Origin: Spongospora subterranea f. sp. subterranea
Taxonomy: Eukaryota
NCBI GenBank assembly: GCA_049724395.1
Contig: JAUGWO010000057.1
Coordinates: forward strand, 62,001 to 126,000
Direction of reading: 5' to 3'
DNA length: 64,000 bases
Below, piece by piece: positions 12,679 to 25,736 of this stretch. Made by a program: the position numbers and the translations under genes. Below the pieces are notes generated by a model. That model saw only the letters and a program-made list of their open reading frames with translations, made no database searches and had not been told where the DNA came from. Numbering within the stretch: position 1 is the first letter of the stretch; every line of letters starts with the position of its first letter.

Positions 12679-13100
12679 ATATTAAGGTGAAATACTGAGC
12701 AATGGCCAGAAAACTAGTAGGAGTAAAATTGTTGTGAAAACTTATGGCACAAGCATCGAACCTGCAAAGGTCGACGCAGTGCTGTTTCTTCGATCCAACT
12801 ACGATCTCTGAAACAAGTGTGACTCTAATACACATATGGATTAGCGAGTAGCGAAGTAACTTGAGTACTTGTACTTGACTCATCAAATTTGAGTTCAGAT
12901 TTCAATTGATAAACATGCTACGTCTAGGACTCGTGAACTCACTTTCAAATATATGAGTCAGGGTCAGACCAAACCGGGTCGGGTTGGGTTGGGTCCCGGG
13001 TTGTAAACGAGGTTAAACCCGGGTTAGGGACGGGCCGGGTTCGCATATTTTTAGTAATGCTCACCTCTGATACAGTGGCGATCACCTTAAACCGACAATT

Positions 13101-15341
13101 TCAAACCCTAGTCTCAATCATATTTGAAATCACATGTACACTTAAGTGTATATCATAATTTATAGGTCGTTCAAAACGTATTGAATTAGGAATAGTTTTA
13201 TGAGATGTGTACTTCTTCATCGCATATTCTATTTGTGATTGGTTAAGAAATATTCCATTCTTCTCTCTGTATGCATCCATGTATCTGAACGACTTGCGAG
13301 CGAACCTTCTCATGGAAGCTAGTGACGTTACTTTGAGCGCAACTGGAATGATATTTTCTAGGTCTTTAAATGAATAGGTACAGTGTTTCCTTGTAAACTT
13401 TTTGGTAGCACCCCAAAACATCTCAATCCAGTTAAATTCTGGATGAAATTTTGGATAAGAAATTGTAAGACCACCTCCAGATAAAACTGCTTCCTCTAAC
13501 CATTCCTGTTGCGATGCAAAGTCCGGTTGACTCGAAAGCAATTGGCGAGCATCCTTCAGGCATATCCCAGATCTAGGCCACAACCCTCTCTCAGTAAGGA
13601 TGCGACGAATCCCTTTATGGTTAACACTGTTAAGTGAAGATCCAGAATCACTGGCGAACATATCCTGCTTCACCCTCTCGCCTTCTTTGTAAAACCATCC
13701 TGACCTGAGAAACCCAACGTTTTTACCACCATCCGATAAGTTCAATCTTGAAGCAACAAGGCCATCAGGGGGTTTGGCCCTATTATTTTGCGAATTATCA
13801 AACGCAAAAACAGGTTTAGAGTCTCGATGAAGCACGCGGAAAAGGACCAGTGCCAACTTAATCTGCTCAACAAGGTCCTTATTTGTCCAGTAGCCGTCAG
13901 CATTTTTCCAGGTTTTATCAGCTTCAATGTCCCAATTGTGGAACCGATTTTACCAAACAGTTGTATTTCCGGATAGTGTTCAATGATTTCAGGTGTGATT
14001 AAAACTTCCATGTGCCCGTGGCACTGGCATAAAAACTGAGACACCATTATGGATCTGCCCGATCCTTTGGATCTAGAAGGATCGTCAGGCATTGCGACCA
14101 AAACTTCGTGGAATCATTTGATTCAAAACATGTCTCATCGTGGGTTAATAAAACCAGTTTGGTCTAAAATCACAGTTTCCATGTTATCACCGTCGAACTT
14201 ATCCATTTGCGCATGCAATTTATCGAATAACTGTAGAAACCTGAGAATGTCTTGTTAGCGATGCTTTGAGTTGAATATTTAAATTTGTTACCGTACCTTT
14301 TCCGATACTCTACAACATCAGAACGTTCCACCATCAGTATATGTCCCCTTCTTATATTGTACGCTACTGAAGCCAAGTCGATGAAGCCATCTTCTGGCAG
14401 TTCCTTCTGTAATAACAGTTGGATTCGTAAAGCCGAGCATGTCAATCTTATGAAGATTGTCGGAAACCCATTTAGCAGAAGAGTTCCCATCTTCAAGTTC
14501 GATTCTCTGAGATCTCAGATGCGTTAGGCATGCACTTGCAACATCTGGGTCTTCAATCAACGATCTTGTTTTGACATGTTTGCCTTGCAAAGAAACGTTG
14601 ATTGTTTTGAACTGTAGAAATTGCAGTGCCCATTGTCGAAGCCTTCGACTGCGGTAATCACAGCCCTGATCAGTCCCAAAAAACATTTTGGTGACCTCCA
14701 GTGATGATCTCATCTTGGATCCAGGATTTGCTTTTACAGCCTGCAGGTATCTTAGGACGCACATATATTTAATATTCTGGAACTTGTTCAACTTGTTGCC
14801 CTGTTCCACAATTCTTGAATTTCGCACAGAAATCACGCCATTCAATATTTCGATAGATTCATCAATCGAATGAAATAGTTCTTCATCGTCGGCTTGTTCA
14901 TGATCGTCTTGCACTAATTGCAATTCGTCGGGAAGATCACATGTAGTTTTCTGCTGCGTGATCTCTGTCTTGACTAAACCAATGGGAAATTCGCTTGCAG
15001 CCAATCATTGTCTGTTCTCTTAATCGCCTGGCTTTTTGTTTTCTGAATTGGGAAGCTCGTGAATCGTCTGTGTACGGCTTTCTAAATTGTGATCCTGCTC
15101 CAGATATCCAATTCATAAAAGTCTCCTCGACGCGATCAGCCATGACATTGTCCATGTTCCGAAGCCATTCATCTGCATTGTGAATAACAAAGTTGTCATC
15201 ATCTGAAGAAGAAACAACATCGACAGAAGCTGAGGCAGAATCACATGTATCTGCAATATCGTCACAATTGCTTTGGCAAACCCTGAAGCGTGAAGCTGTT
15301 AGATTGGCAATCTGCTTTCTTCGCTTGTTCAGACGCGGCAT
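13101..15341 (-). pseudogene. DDE transposase, frameshifted
   Basis: Fragments TARRWLHRLGF, GRSIMVSQFLC.CHG, FAFDNS, KGIRRILTERGLW and YPKFHPEFNWIEMFWG are spread over 5 partial ORFs. Confidence 0.88.
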
Positions 15342-15363
15342 GTGGGACGAAACGTCGAGCGAG

Positions 15364-15845
15364 TGATTATCCAACGTCAAACCAATCACAGTTGAAGGTG
15401 GTCCGCAGTTTGTTTGTGCGTCAGTGCGCATGAAAAAAGCACAGTCATTGTTTATATACACTCCGGGTCCGACCACGGCGGGTCTCCAAGGATCTCCATC
15501 AATACCGCCATGTCGCGTAGCAACGGGTGCTCTGTACAACCGCCCAGAGCACATACGGAATACCCCACGGTATCCAACACGCCAGCGAGCCTGCTGCCGG
15601 CCAAGGCGCTACCACCACCAAATCCCACTGATTTTACGCGAGAGTGGTGCGTACACCCTTTACTAGCGAGAAAGCGCTCGAGCTCAGTCTTTGAGCTCGG
15701 GGACAATGGCGTCCTGTGCGGGGCCGACATCTTTGAAGCAAAACTGATTATCCAACGTCAAACCAATCACAGTTGAAGGTGGTCCGCAGTTTGTTTGTGC
15801 GTCAGTGCGCATGAAAAAAGCACAGTCATTGTTATATACGCTCCG
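15364..15845. repeat. ~100-bp direct repeat (15364-15465 and 15745-15845) flanking a ~280-bp GC-rich insert
   Basis: tgattatccaacgtcaaaccaatcacag...ctccg occurs twice. Confidence 0.9.
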
Positions 15846-16232
15846 TGCGTATCATTTCAGGCCGCTGCCACTATATGTAAAAGTGCTACAACTCAGTCAC
15901 CCAATCAAATCTGAAAACGTAACTTTTATCTTCTTACCGAGATCTAATGCAATTACGGTCGATTTTAGAAAGAAAAAAAATAAGTTCCTTACCTAGTACT
16001 AGTATAAAGGGTGATGCACAGTCACGGAATTGTCGGTTTAAGGTGATCGCCACTGTACAAGTACATTCCGACTGGGAAATTTGTAGCAAAGAGACTTCGG
16101 AAACTGCGGCGCTAACAGTGATGCCGTTACAGTGTCACGGAGATTATCTAGAGTATCCCCATATCACCGTCACGCTATCGCCAACCAAGATTGGTTAGAT
16201 TGCCATTGTTTGTTGAGTGATTTGTTTGACTG

Positions 16233-19200
16233 ATGGTACCGATGGTATTGAATCCGATAATATTGATTGTTGGTGTCGGACTCCTCTTTCAACCATTGAA
16301 TGGGGCCGAAACTGACCTGTTTGAGGCAATTAGAAAACGGGTCGCTATAGTCTATTGATGTTGGTCAATACTGTACTATATTAACGAATCGGATTATTTA
16401 GAGATAAATCCGCTGAGCAATTGGCCATGAAGTTTGACCCGAGTGTAGTTATCAATTATCGCGTGAAAATCGAACATGGCATTGGTCGGAATCATTATTG
16501 GAACAAGCCATTCTTCAGTTACATGATCACCGTTCTTGATTTATCACTTCTCCACTGCCGGTAATTTCGACTTGACAATGGTTTCTATTTTCCCCTTGAT
16601 GTCATTACGATAGAGAAAATATCGCCACAATTCTGATAGATGGAGGGGCCGACATATTCACACCGGATGAATTCGGCAATACTCCATTGCACATCGCCGC
16701 TGGTCAGGGCCTGTAATATATTCAATATAATATGTCATTACCCCCTATCTGACACCCTAATAGAAATAGCGCCGTCATCCAGCTCGTGAACAAAGATCAA
16801 AATGACAAAACCACAAGCACTTGACCTTCGAAACAAGGCTGGTAAAACGCCACTCCATTTTGCAGTGAGCATGTGATTGGTTGGTCGTATATAATGTTAA
16901 AAGGGGTGATCCGCTGTCAATATTTACAACTGATTGTTCAGGAAAGGGGTGATCAAGACTCTGTTGGATGGAGGAGCCAATCCCATTATCGTTGACAATT
17001 TGGGCAATACAGCACTGCACGAGGCGATACAACGACCAACTGTAGACTGGCGATAATCTGTGGACATTGGAACTCGTCTGATTGAGATCTCACAGAATTG
17101 ATCAGAGATCATTATTGATATAATTGAGGCGACGAATGGCACAATCTATCCATGTTCTGGGTCATACTGAACCGTTCTTTGTTTTTGAGTGGACAACTAA
17201 TTTATAATAGCCTGTATATTGTAAATCTGGGTGACGAAAAAATAGAGACGCTGAATGATCTGATAGGGACCGATATTCCATAGGAGATCCGACTTTAGAA
17301 CTACTCAAACTCAGGAACAATAATGGACGCACTACTCTATCACATGCACTGTATTATTGTCGGTTGGTCAATTCACTGTCTGGGTCTGTTCAGCGCCTTC
17401 AATAATGAGTGTTAGTAAGGAGATCTCCCGAATTCTGTTGAAGCTCGGTGCCGATCCCACAATAACAGATATTGACGGCAATACGCCACTGCACCTGGCG
17501 ATAGAACGAAACCTGTAGATTGCGATAATCTGGGGAAATTGAACCTCATCTGATCGAGGTCTCAGTGGACAGATCGTTATTGATATCATTGAGGCGACGA
17601 AGACACACCCTGTTCTGGGTCATAGTGGGATGACCGGACCTTCTTTGAGTTTGAGTGGACAACTGATTCATAATAGCCTGTATATTGTGAATCTGACGGA
17701 AAAAAAAATCAGGAACGTTGAATGATCTTATAGGGACCGATATTCCAAACGAGATTCGACTTTAGAACTACTTAAACTCAGGAACAATGAGGGGCGGACT
17801 GCTCTATCACATGCACTGTATTATCGTCGGTTGGTCAATTTACTGTCTGAGTCTGATTTGCGCCTTCAATAATGAGGTGTAGTAAGGAGATCTCCCGAAT
17901 TCTATTGGATCGCGGTGCCGATCCCACATCAACAGATATTGGTGGGAATACTGCACTGCACCTGGCGATACAACTATTAAAACTGTAGACCGCTATAATA
18001 TATGAAAAGTGCAACTTGATCAGATTGAGATCTCACAGAGGTGATGAGATCATTGGTCATATAATCAAAGCGGCGAGGGCAAAGGCTGTCGATATTCTGG
18101 GCCATAATGAGATGACGAATCCCTCTGGGTGTTCGAGTGGAACAATGGTTCATGATGGCCTGTATATTCTTAATTGTATGTTGAAATCATTGAAGTCGTT
18201 GATCTGATCTCACAGGGACCCCAATGCCATCAGTAAAGCGACGTCAGAAATAGTGAACCTCAGGAACAATGAGGGGCGCACTGCATTCTGGATAGCAGTT
18301 TATCGTAATCGGTTGGTCATATTTATTATCCTATTCTAATCACCCACATCAATGACGGTGTCTGTATATCTCCAGTGGTAATATCGCCAACATTCTCCTT
18401 CTTAATGGTGCCGATCCCACTATATCAGATCATGATGGGAATCACCATTGCACACTCGTTTGCCAACTCGCGTGTATGTTGCCCAGATCTCACAAAATAT
18501 TCAAATGAATACTGATGCGCTGACAGGACAGACGAAATGATCATTCTGATTATTGAAAATAGTGACCTCAACCACGTGAACAGGGATGGAAACACTCTTC
18601 TCCAATCTGCATTTGAAACAAAACGGTTGGTCGTAATTAGTGTCGCATATTGATCAGCGCCTCAATAAAACTGATAATTTAGGGAAGTTTTGATTAAACA
18701 TCTGGTGAAGAGAGGCGCCGATGCTATCAATCTTGATCGTTCTGGGAATACTGCACTTCACCTGGCAATATTGCGCGGACTGTATTTTGAACAGTTCAAA
18801 TGTTGATTTATCAAAAACGCTTATTCGTATTCTACAGAAGTGAACAGATCATCATTGATATAATTGAAGCGGCGACGCCAAAACCAATCCATCTTGTGCT
18901 CCAGAATCCGATGACAACACGATTCTATGCGTGTTTGTTGAAACAATTGCTTGAAATCCTGTATATTGCTCTTATATCGGTCTGGCACATTGAAGACCCT
19001 TATTTGATCTCACAGAAACCGAGATGTCGTCACCAAAATAATGGCACTCTGTGTGGACGATATTATCAATTCAAGGAGACATAATGGCCAAACTGCTTTC
19101 TCTTTGGCAGTTGATTTAAAGCGGTTGGTCAAATACTCTCTCTGGCTCTGATCATCGATTTCAATACTAAGGTCTCGTATCCCAAGTTTTGATATCGCCC

Positions 19201-20348
19201 AAGCTTTGTTGAAGAACGGTGCCGATCCCACAATACCGGATGATCGTAGGAATACACCATTGCACACTCTTCTATTGACACTGTGAGTAAAACAGATCTC
19301 ACCAAACACTCCAACATTTACTGATGTTTTCTCAGAACAGATAATTCTATTCTGTCACTGATACACAATATTGATATCAACCACCTGTACAATGATGGGT
19401 CCTCTCTTTTCCATTGGGCTATCAAGTATCATCGGTTGGTCAATTGATATTGTGTGGAGACTGATCAGCCCCTCAATAACACTGAATGGTTAGGGATGTG
19501 GTGGTCATGAAATTGTTAAAGAGAGGCGCCGACCCCATTATTGCTGATTCTAATGGGAATACAGCACTGCACCTGGCGATAGAGCATAATCTGTACACAC
19601 CTTTAATTTTGTTATATTGCCGAATATTTCATGTTAAATATTACAGAAGTGGAGAGACCATTATATCTATACTTGAGGCGGCGACGCCAAGAACGGGCGA
19701 TATTCTGGGTCCAGACGGGATGAAGGATCCCTCAATGTGTTCGAGCGGAGAGTTAGTTCATAATCGGTTGTATATTGTTGATAATTGTGTCGAGATCATC
19801 GAAGTCGCTGATCTGATCTCACAGGGACCCAGATGTCAACCGTCAGGCCACGTCAGAAATAATCAATTTCAGAAACCAAAAATGGCAAACTGCTCTGTTT
19901 CTGGCAGTTACTCATGCACGGTTGGTACAAATTACAGTCTGGTTTTGATCACATATTTAAAAATGTGTTTTTTGATTTCCAGTTTTGACCTTGTCCAAAT
20001 TCTTGTCCAGAGAGGTGCCGATTGCAATATAGCAGATATTGATGGGAAAACACCATTGCACACCAATATGCCAATTGAACTGTATATCGCCCAAATTCCA
20101 CCATATATTGTAATACCCACTCATGTGCCAATAGGACAGACGAAATCATCATATCAATGATTAAAACTATTGATGTCAACCACGTGGGCAATGGTGGTGC
20201 AACACTTCTTCAGAGAGCTATCGAGTGTAATCGGTTGGTCCTAATTCATATTTGACCCTGATCAGCCCCTCAATCAAATTGATGTTATAGAAAAGTTGTG
20301 GTGAAGTATCTGCTGAAGAGAGGCGCCACTTTTCGTATCACACAATGA
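16233..20348 (+). CDS. Multi-exon ankyrin-repeat protein with a probable signal peptide (effector-like); several exons frame-disrupted, so possibly a partial pseudogene
   Basis: N-terminus MVPMVLNPIILIVGVGLLFQPLNGA. AG/GT-bounded 99-nt exons each encode one ankyrin unit: 16614-16712 (ILIDGGADIFTPDEFGNTPLHIAA), 17416-17514, 18527-18625, 18683-18781, 19494-19592, 19983-20081, 20135-20233. Stop TGA at 20346-20348. Confidence 0.85.
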
Positions 20349-20414
20349 ATTAAGAGTGGTCGGATTTTGGTGTTAGTCTGTGGGTGTTAACACCCCAATG
20401 TTTCCTCCTGAAAT

Positions 20415-20720
20415 CCTCCCAATTTCGACCAGTGAATTCAGAGATACGTTTTGAGATCTGGACTGTGATTGGATAGCACAACGACTTCTGTCACGACATG
20501 GGGAGTTTGCGCCTCCTGCTCAACGACGAGGGCTGTGCGTCTTCGGTCAGCATCTTCTATTGGCGCATCTGCAACAAGAGTGTTGGACTCTGAATCTCAC
20601 AAATTAGCAGTAGCTACAGTAGATAGCCATTGAAGGAAGTGATTGTACTGTATTGATGATGATTCATCCTCCCGTATTGAGTCGTTTGCCGTTCAAAGAG
20701 ATAGTGAATCCTGGGATATG
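20415..20720 (-). repeat. Dispersed repeat (second copy ~31457-31756), likely a copia leader/gag start
   Basis: Diverged direct similarity between the two loci. The minus strand of copy 2 gives IPNFTGQNWE, like the copia gag N-terminal motif. Confidence 0.55.
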
Positions 20721-21879
20721 ACAAGATTTAACGGAAATAGGAGAACTCAATAGAACATCATGAAAATTCAACGATAATTTAGTAACTCCTAAACTAATCG
20801 GGTAGCTTTATTCCATGTAATATCTCACTTTTTATTCAAGCCCGCTTCTCCAGCGCGCCCGAGGATTCGCCGTTGGTCACTGAATGAAAACCGGATATCG
20901 ATCATAGGCACTTTTGAGAGAGTCGCTATCCCCGGTCATGTTGTTGACTATTGTATTCATTGATGTTGTATGTTTTATGGCCCTATGCCCACCTCGTCGA
21001 TTATTTTCTTCAAATGTAACAACGATGGGGCGTTGAAGACACTGTTCATGTTGATAGATAATCACAGAGTTGCATCGCATTTGCTGAATACTCCATCATG
21101 TGTTTGCTTTTACCCAAAAATGGATATCGGATTGTCACCAATGAATTCAGAAAAATCCAGGATTTTTCGACGACAACGCTTCGAATCCAAAAAACGTTTA
21201 GCTCGTCCTTTTTTGTGAGCCGTCGTCGTCGTCCAGAATTGTGTGTGTCTGTTCAGCCGCCACCGCGATTGAACCTGAACAAACCATTATTCCAGGGATA
21301 TGAAGGTGCAGCCGGGCAGATCCCCTCTTGACTTGCGTTTGGCAACATTCAGGGAGCCACTCTTAGTGTCGTCGAAATTTAGCCAACAATTCCTATAGTG
21401 TTGAATGGCGCCTCAACCACGCCATTTCGGAACGGGATACAGGTTTCTGATATTGGATTTATCAAGGACATGCTCGTTCAGTTTGAGTAAGATCAGGTTA
21501 AATCAAGTTACAAGTTAACAAAACAGATTTCCATCTGACAAATGTTCCGGTTTACCCACCTCTCTTCACTTCCTATCTCTCCAAACACTCTTACTTTCCG
21601 TTAAAACCCCTCTCGGTCCTCTCTATTTTCCCAATGCTCTCATGGGTAGCCGCGATCGTTCGGGTTCGGTGCCTGTTAACCCACAGAACGGCCGGGTTCC
21701 AGGTTCCTTTAAAAAATTGCCTTCGCAGCCGGCTCCGCCTCTGACCCCAGAATTTCAAGCGCTGATGACGCAACCAGATCCACGATTCGACAAATCAAAA
21801 AGAATAATACTCGTTGGCATGGCTTCTGGTAAGGGTTCCTGGTCTTCATTCATATCCATTTTCTTCAGAAAGCGACCAG

Positions 21880-22900
21880 AGATACCTTTGTCTCAACAAA
21901 GACGCTTTGAACTGTCAAGCAAGGCTAGAGCTTCGGCAGGGGATCAACAAAGATGATGTTTTAGCTGTTCTCGGTTTAGTTGAGAAGTTGCGAAAGGAGA
22001 ATTGGAACCCTATCCGTTGTTGCCAGGGTAAGATATCTGGACTTGGGGATGAATTAGACCGTCTCTAAGTCTATATCCAGCATGTGGTGTTCCAGATGAA
22101 ACCGGATTCACTTTCGGCGTGCTAGACTTTTTTTCTAGTCATACAAACTGAGTTTATGAACGATTTGTTGAACAGGCATGATGTCAGAGTCTGTGCATTA
22201 GGCGCAACTCCATAATAACATGCATTGGATTGAAACTAATCTATCGTTGACCCTGACAGCAACTCTGGGTATGGAGTTCTCTTTTGTACATTAACGCCAT
22301 GTTTCAGTCCTGAAGGTTAGCTTGCAACTCTTTAGCCTGACGTATTGCTGTCTTAGTATATTCTTTGAGGTTATAGGCGAAATGTGGGGAGCTCAAGTCG
22401 TCGGTTCTTTTATCAGACGATGACAAAGTGTCCTGGTCATTGCGCCATATCCATTTTCTCATTATTAACGGACCATTACTTATGCTCATGGCATATTGAT
22501 AACACTTGGCTGTTGAAGACAAGGATTCCATACAATTTTTCCATTTTGAGCCAACAAATGTTTTAGAACAAAAAGTATATATTGGACCGCCAACAACAAA
22601 GGCTGGTAAATGAAGAACTCAACGTTCTGAGAAGGAAAAGGAATCCATCTCAATGATGAAATCATTATTGTCTACTGCGCTTCCAGCATGGTTTGAGGAA
22701 TATTTCCGAAAGTATTATCTGAACAGATGTGAGAGGTGGGCGGAATGTTATATGGACCTCGAACTCGCAGACACCACCGCTTCACCCAGAAAGCATTCAT
22801 CGCGTGTTAAAACACGTTGAATTTACAAAAAAGCGGAACCGAAAACTTCCCTGTCTAATTGAGGCAATATATAAAATGGATTAAGCGATACTTCCAGTGC
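21880..22900 (+). mobile_element. Degenerate Mutator (MULE) transposase remnant
   Basis: Fragments FFLVIQTEFM..LL, LCSWHIDNTW (CxxH), YFRKYYL.RCERWA.CY and SIHRVLKH..KKRNRK, with many stops and frameshifts. Confidence 0.65.
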
Positions 22901-23530
22901 TATAAACTGTGAGATCGTTGATACAATCTAGTGAAGTTGACGAATGTCCACAAGTTATTCAAGAGGGAAGTGGTCAAGCGTCCATCACTTTGTGATCAAC
23001 GCTTCTCTTTGCCCAAGAAATGTATTCACGATCAGATTGTCACGATTTTTACTGAATCTGCTTGTTGTAGGCAAACATCGCCAATCTATTGTTAATAGAC
23101 AGAGCGGGCCATGATGTGTCGCAGGAAATACCTGAACCATTACAGGCTTTATGAACTATTTGGCTCAATCTTGTCAATAACCTGCAAAAAGACATCCTAG
23201 CACCAAGCGCAACGTTCGACCGGCAAATTAGGTTCAAATCAGTGACGATGAAAACAAAAAAAAACGGAGAGAAGCGCAACGAATTGTATTGCGACCTGAG
23301 TCAGCTGAGGCAGAAGCCAGGATTTACCCGATGGATATTCTGGAGCCATGGAAGTTGAAGACCATTCCGATTGTGCATAAGACGCCGCCGCCCTTAATAG
23401 TGGATTATCCCGGATCCCCAAATCATAATTCCTGTTTGGCCTCTTTTGCAACTGTTTAGTTTTAAACAGGAAAATATTGGTGCGATATCAAGGCCCAGGT
23501 CAGCCTGCCAGCGTCATTCAATCGATATTT

Positions 23531-23976
23531 ATCCCAGATATGGACCACTGGATCATCGCGGTTTCAGATCATGCACCCTGCACCTTGCCTGTGCTTCATG
23601 GCAAGTCGGATTGCAATCGGCGATACCATTGCGGTCAATTTACTCAATGTAAAGCTTGCAATAGAGTAGTTGTTTGTGGGTTATCACATGACGAATGGCA
23701 TAATGGCGAAGCGTATCCAACTGCCGCAATCGACGCTGCACCCAACTTTCAGGGTTGCCGGAGATCAAAGAGCAGAAACCTAGTACCTTTTTGCTTTTCG
23801 AGACATTTGATATGCCACAAACAATTCCTTCTATCGTAAGGTTTACATTGAGTTAACTGACCGCAATGGTATCGCCGATTACAATTCGATTTTGCCAAGA
23901 AGCACAGGCAAGGTGCAGGGAGCATAATCTGAAGACGGCGATGATCTAGTGGTCTTGACAGGTCCATATCTGGGAT
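23531..23976. repeat. Fold-back inverted repeat #4: arms 23531-23657 and 23838-23976
   Basis: Arms of about 130 bp, clearly diverged (many substitutions, one indel); spacer about 180 bp. Confidence 0.9.
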
Positions 23977-25129
23977 TTCAACACTAACATGACAAGTCGT
24001 TTTGATCTACACGAACATGGCAGGATTAATTGTCACCAATACTTACAACGCTCTTGAGTGAGAAAACCTTGACACCAAATATACGTTGCCGAGGGGTCCG
24101 ATGTAGCTGCTCGACGGTTGCGGATCACGTCATTTCCAGGATCTATTACTTGTTAGTTCTGTTCTGTTTTCATCAAATTCCGGATCTATAGTCTGTCCAT
24201 TCTCCCCTAACTTCTCTTATGTCTTCTGTTGCAGTTCCAACAATACAATCTTCTAGGTGGTGATTATATTCTACATATACTATAATTAACGGTTCAAATA
24301 TCTCTGTTTGTGTTTGTTTAGTCAACTATCGCCTAGCAATCATGTTGCCGTCGCTCAGATGACTGTATGGAAAAGGGTTTTGATTCTAATCGCATACTGT
24401 TCTTAATTCGTTTATAGCGATTCATCAGTAATCGCTGTCTCTCCCCGGTTGTCGGATGTATCAGACAGCGCCTCTGTTAATACGACGTTATCAATCGTTT
24501 TCAATACTTGTAATCAGTGTTTGCCCCCGCTATGTGAACTTGACTATATATGGTCCTAGACCAATCCAGGACCTGCTACCAATCACCATTGTTTATGTCC
24601 TCGACACCTCAATTCGCTTCTCTCGTAAATCCCCTTTAACACCTGCTCGTCGCTGCATCGTGCTCAGTCGGCAGTTTGAGAAGGAACACTCTGAAAATGG
24701 TCAGCCTCTGCAGTATTGTCTGGATTTCACAACAGTAAAATTGCCTTTACAAATCTAGAGAAGGCTCTAAAACACCTGATCACAGTCGCTCATATCAAGG
24801 ATGGACATGTTCTCTTGTTCTTCCCCGACGCTTTCAAACTCTTCTGGTGAGTACTGACACAGATTCCTTCCGAGGATGTGTCATAACTCATAACCTCATG
24901 CACAAAAAGGCATGAAACTAATTGCCTGTTTAAGTGGCAGATTCCAAGGGAGCCAGCTCAACTGGTCAATCATTGAAAAGGAAGGGTGTGGACGGCTGCC
25001 ATCGCCTGACACCTTTTCTTTCCGGTAGACCATTCCTCCTTCTCACTGGCCACCGATATCTCTTATATCTTTTTGATCCACGATCCCCTAACTACCCAAC
25101 CAGCCGTACTTGTGGAAATCACCCGCTGT

Positions 25130-25420
25130 TCAGAGAAGGTGATAAAATATACCTCTCCAGATAAGGATGCCACTGGCAGTGGACCACATTCATCAACGTC
25201 TAGTCGTTCTAACAGTTGCCATTTGTGAGGTTTGGACTTCGCTGGGAAAGGTTTGTTGCTTGGCTTTTCCCATTGCGTAAGCTTCACAAAAATTGGTTCG
25301 TTTTGTGGCGGAGCCAATGCAAGCAATACCATTGACAATATCACGTCGCACGAGTTTGCTGACATCATGATAATTACGATGACACAATCGCTGATGCCAA
25401 ATCCTGGCACTAAGCTTTCG
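25130..25420 (-). mobile_element. Ty1/copia gag-pre-integrase/integrase fragment
   Basis: FCEAYAMGKAKQQTFP followed by LLERLDVDECGPLPVASLSGEVYFITF. Confidence 0.75.
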
Positions 25421-25736
25421 GTTGAGGTCCTCAGGAATAATTGGTGGTTTTGGTTTTGAGGAGGGGAGTTAATCAGGAGGTGCAAGGGAATTTTCAGCAT
25501 CATCCCGAAACACAATAGATTTCTTAACCCAATCAATGACGGGATTGTGCATTCTGAGCCGATGGCGGGAACGCTCTGAGATGGCCAAAAAAGCTCGTGC
25601 GCACTAGACAAACCAGACCCCATTGGAGTTTCATGTCTTGTATGATGCCTTTGAAACCACTGATCTGTATAGGAATTTTGGACAGTGCCAAGGGAGAGGT
25701 TCCTTTGCAGTTCTAAAACTAAATCTACATATTGAG

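Larger units (their letters stand above)
13073..16055 (-). mobile_element. IS630/Tc1/mariner-superfamily DNA transposon with intact ends
   Basis: Perfect 28-bp TIRs CAGTGGCGATCACCTTAAACCGACAATT (13073-13100 and 16028-16055), flanked by TA on both sides, enclosing a transposase. Confidence 0.93.

Noticed and set aside
12970..13043. Telomere-like GGGTT tracts (also ~10022-10093)
   Set aside because: Irregular, with no constant unit. More like subterminal motifs of a DNA transposon remnant, and not assignable.
15364..15845. TRIM mini-retrotransposon
   Set aside because: No PBS, PPT or TSD, and the similarity runs past the possible CA end.
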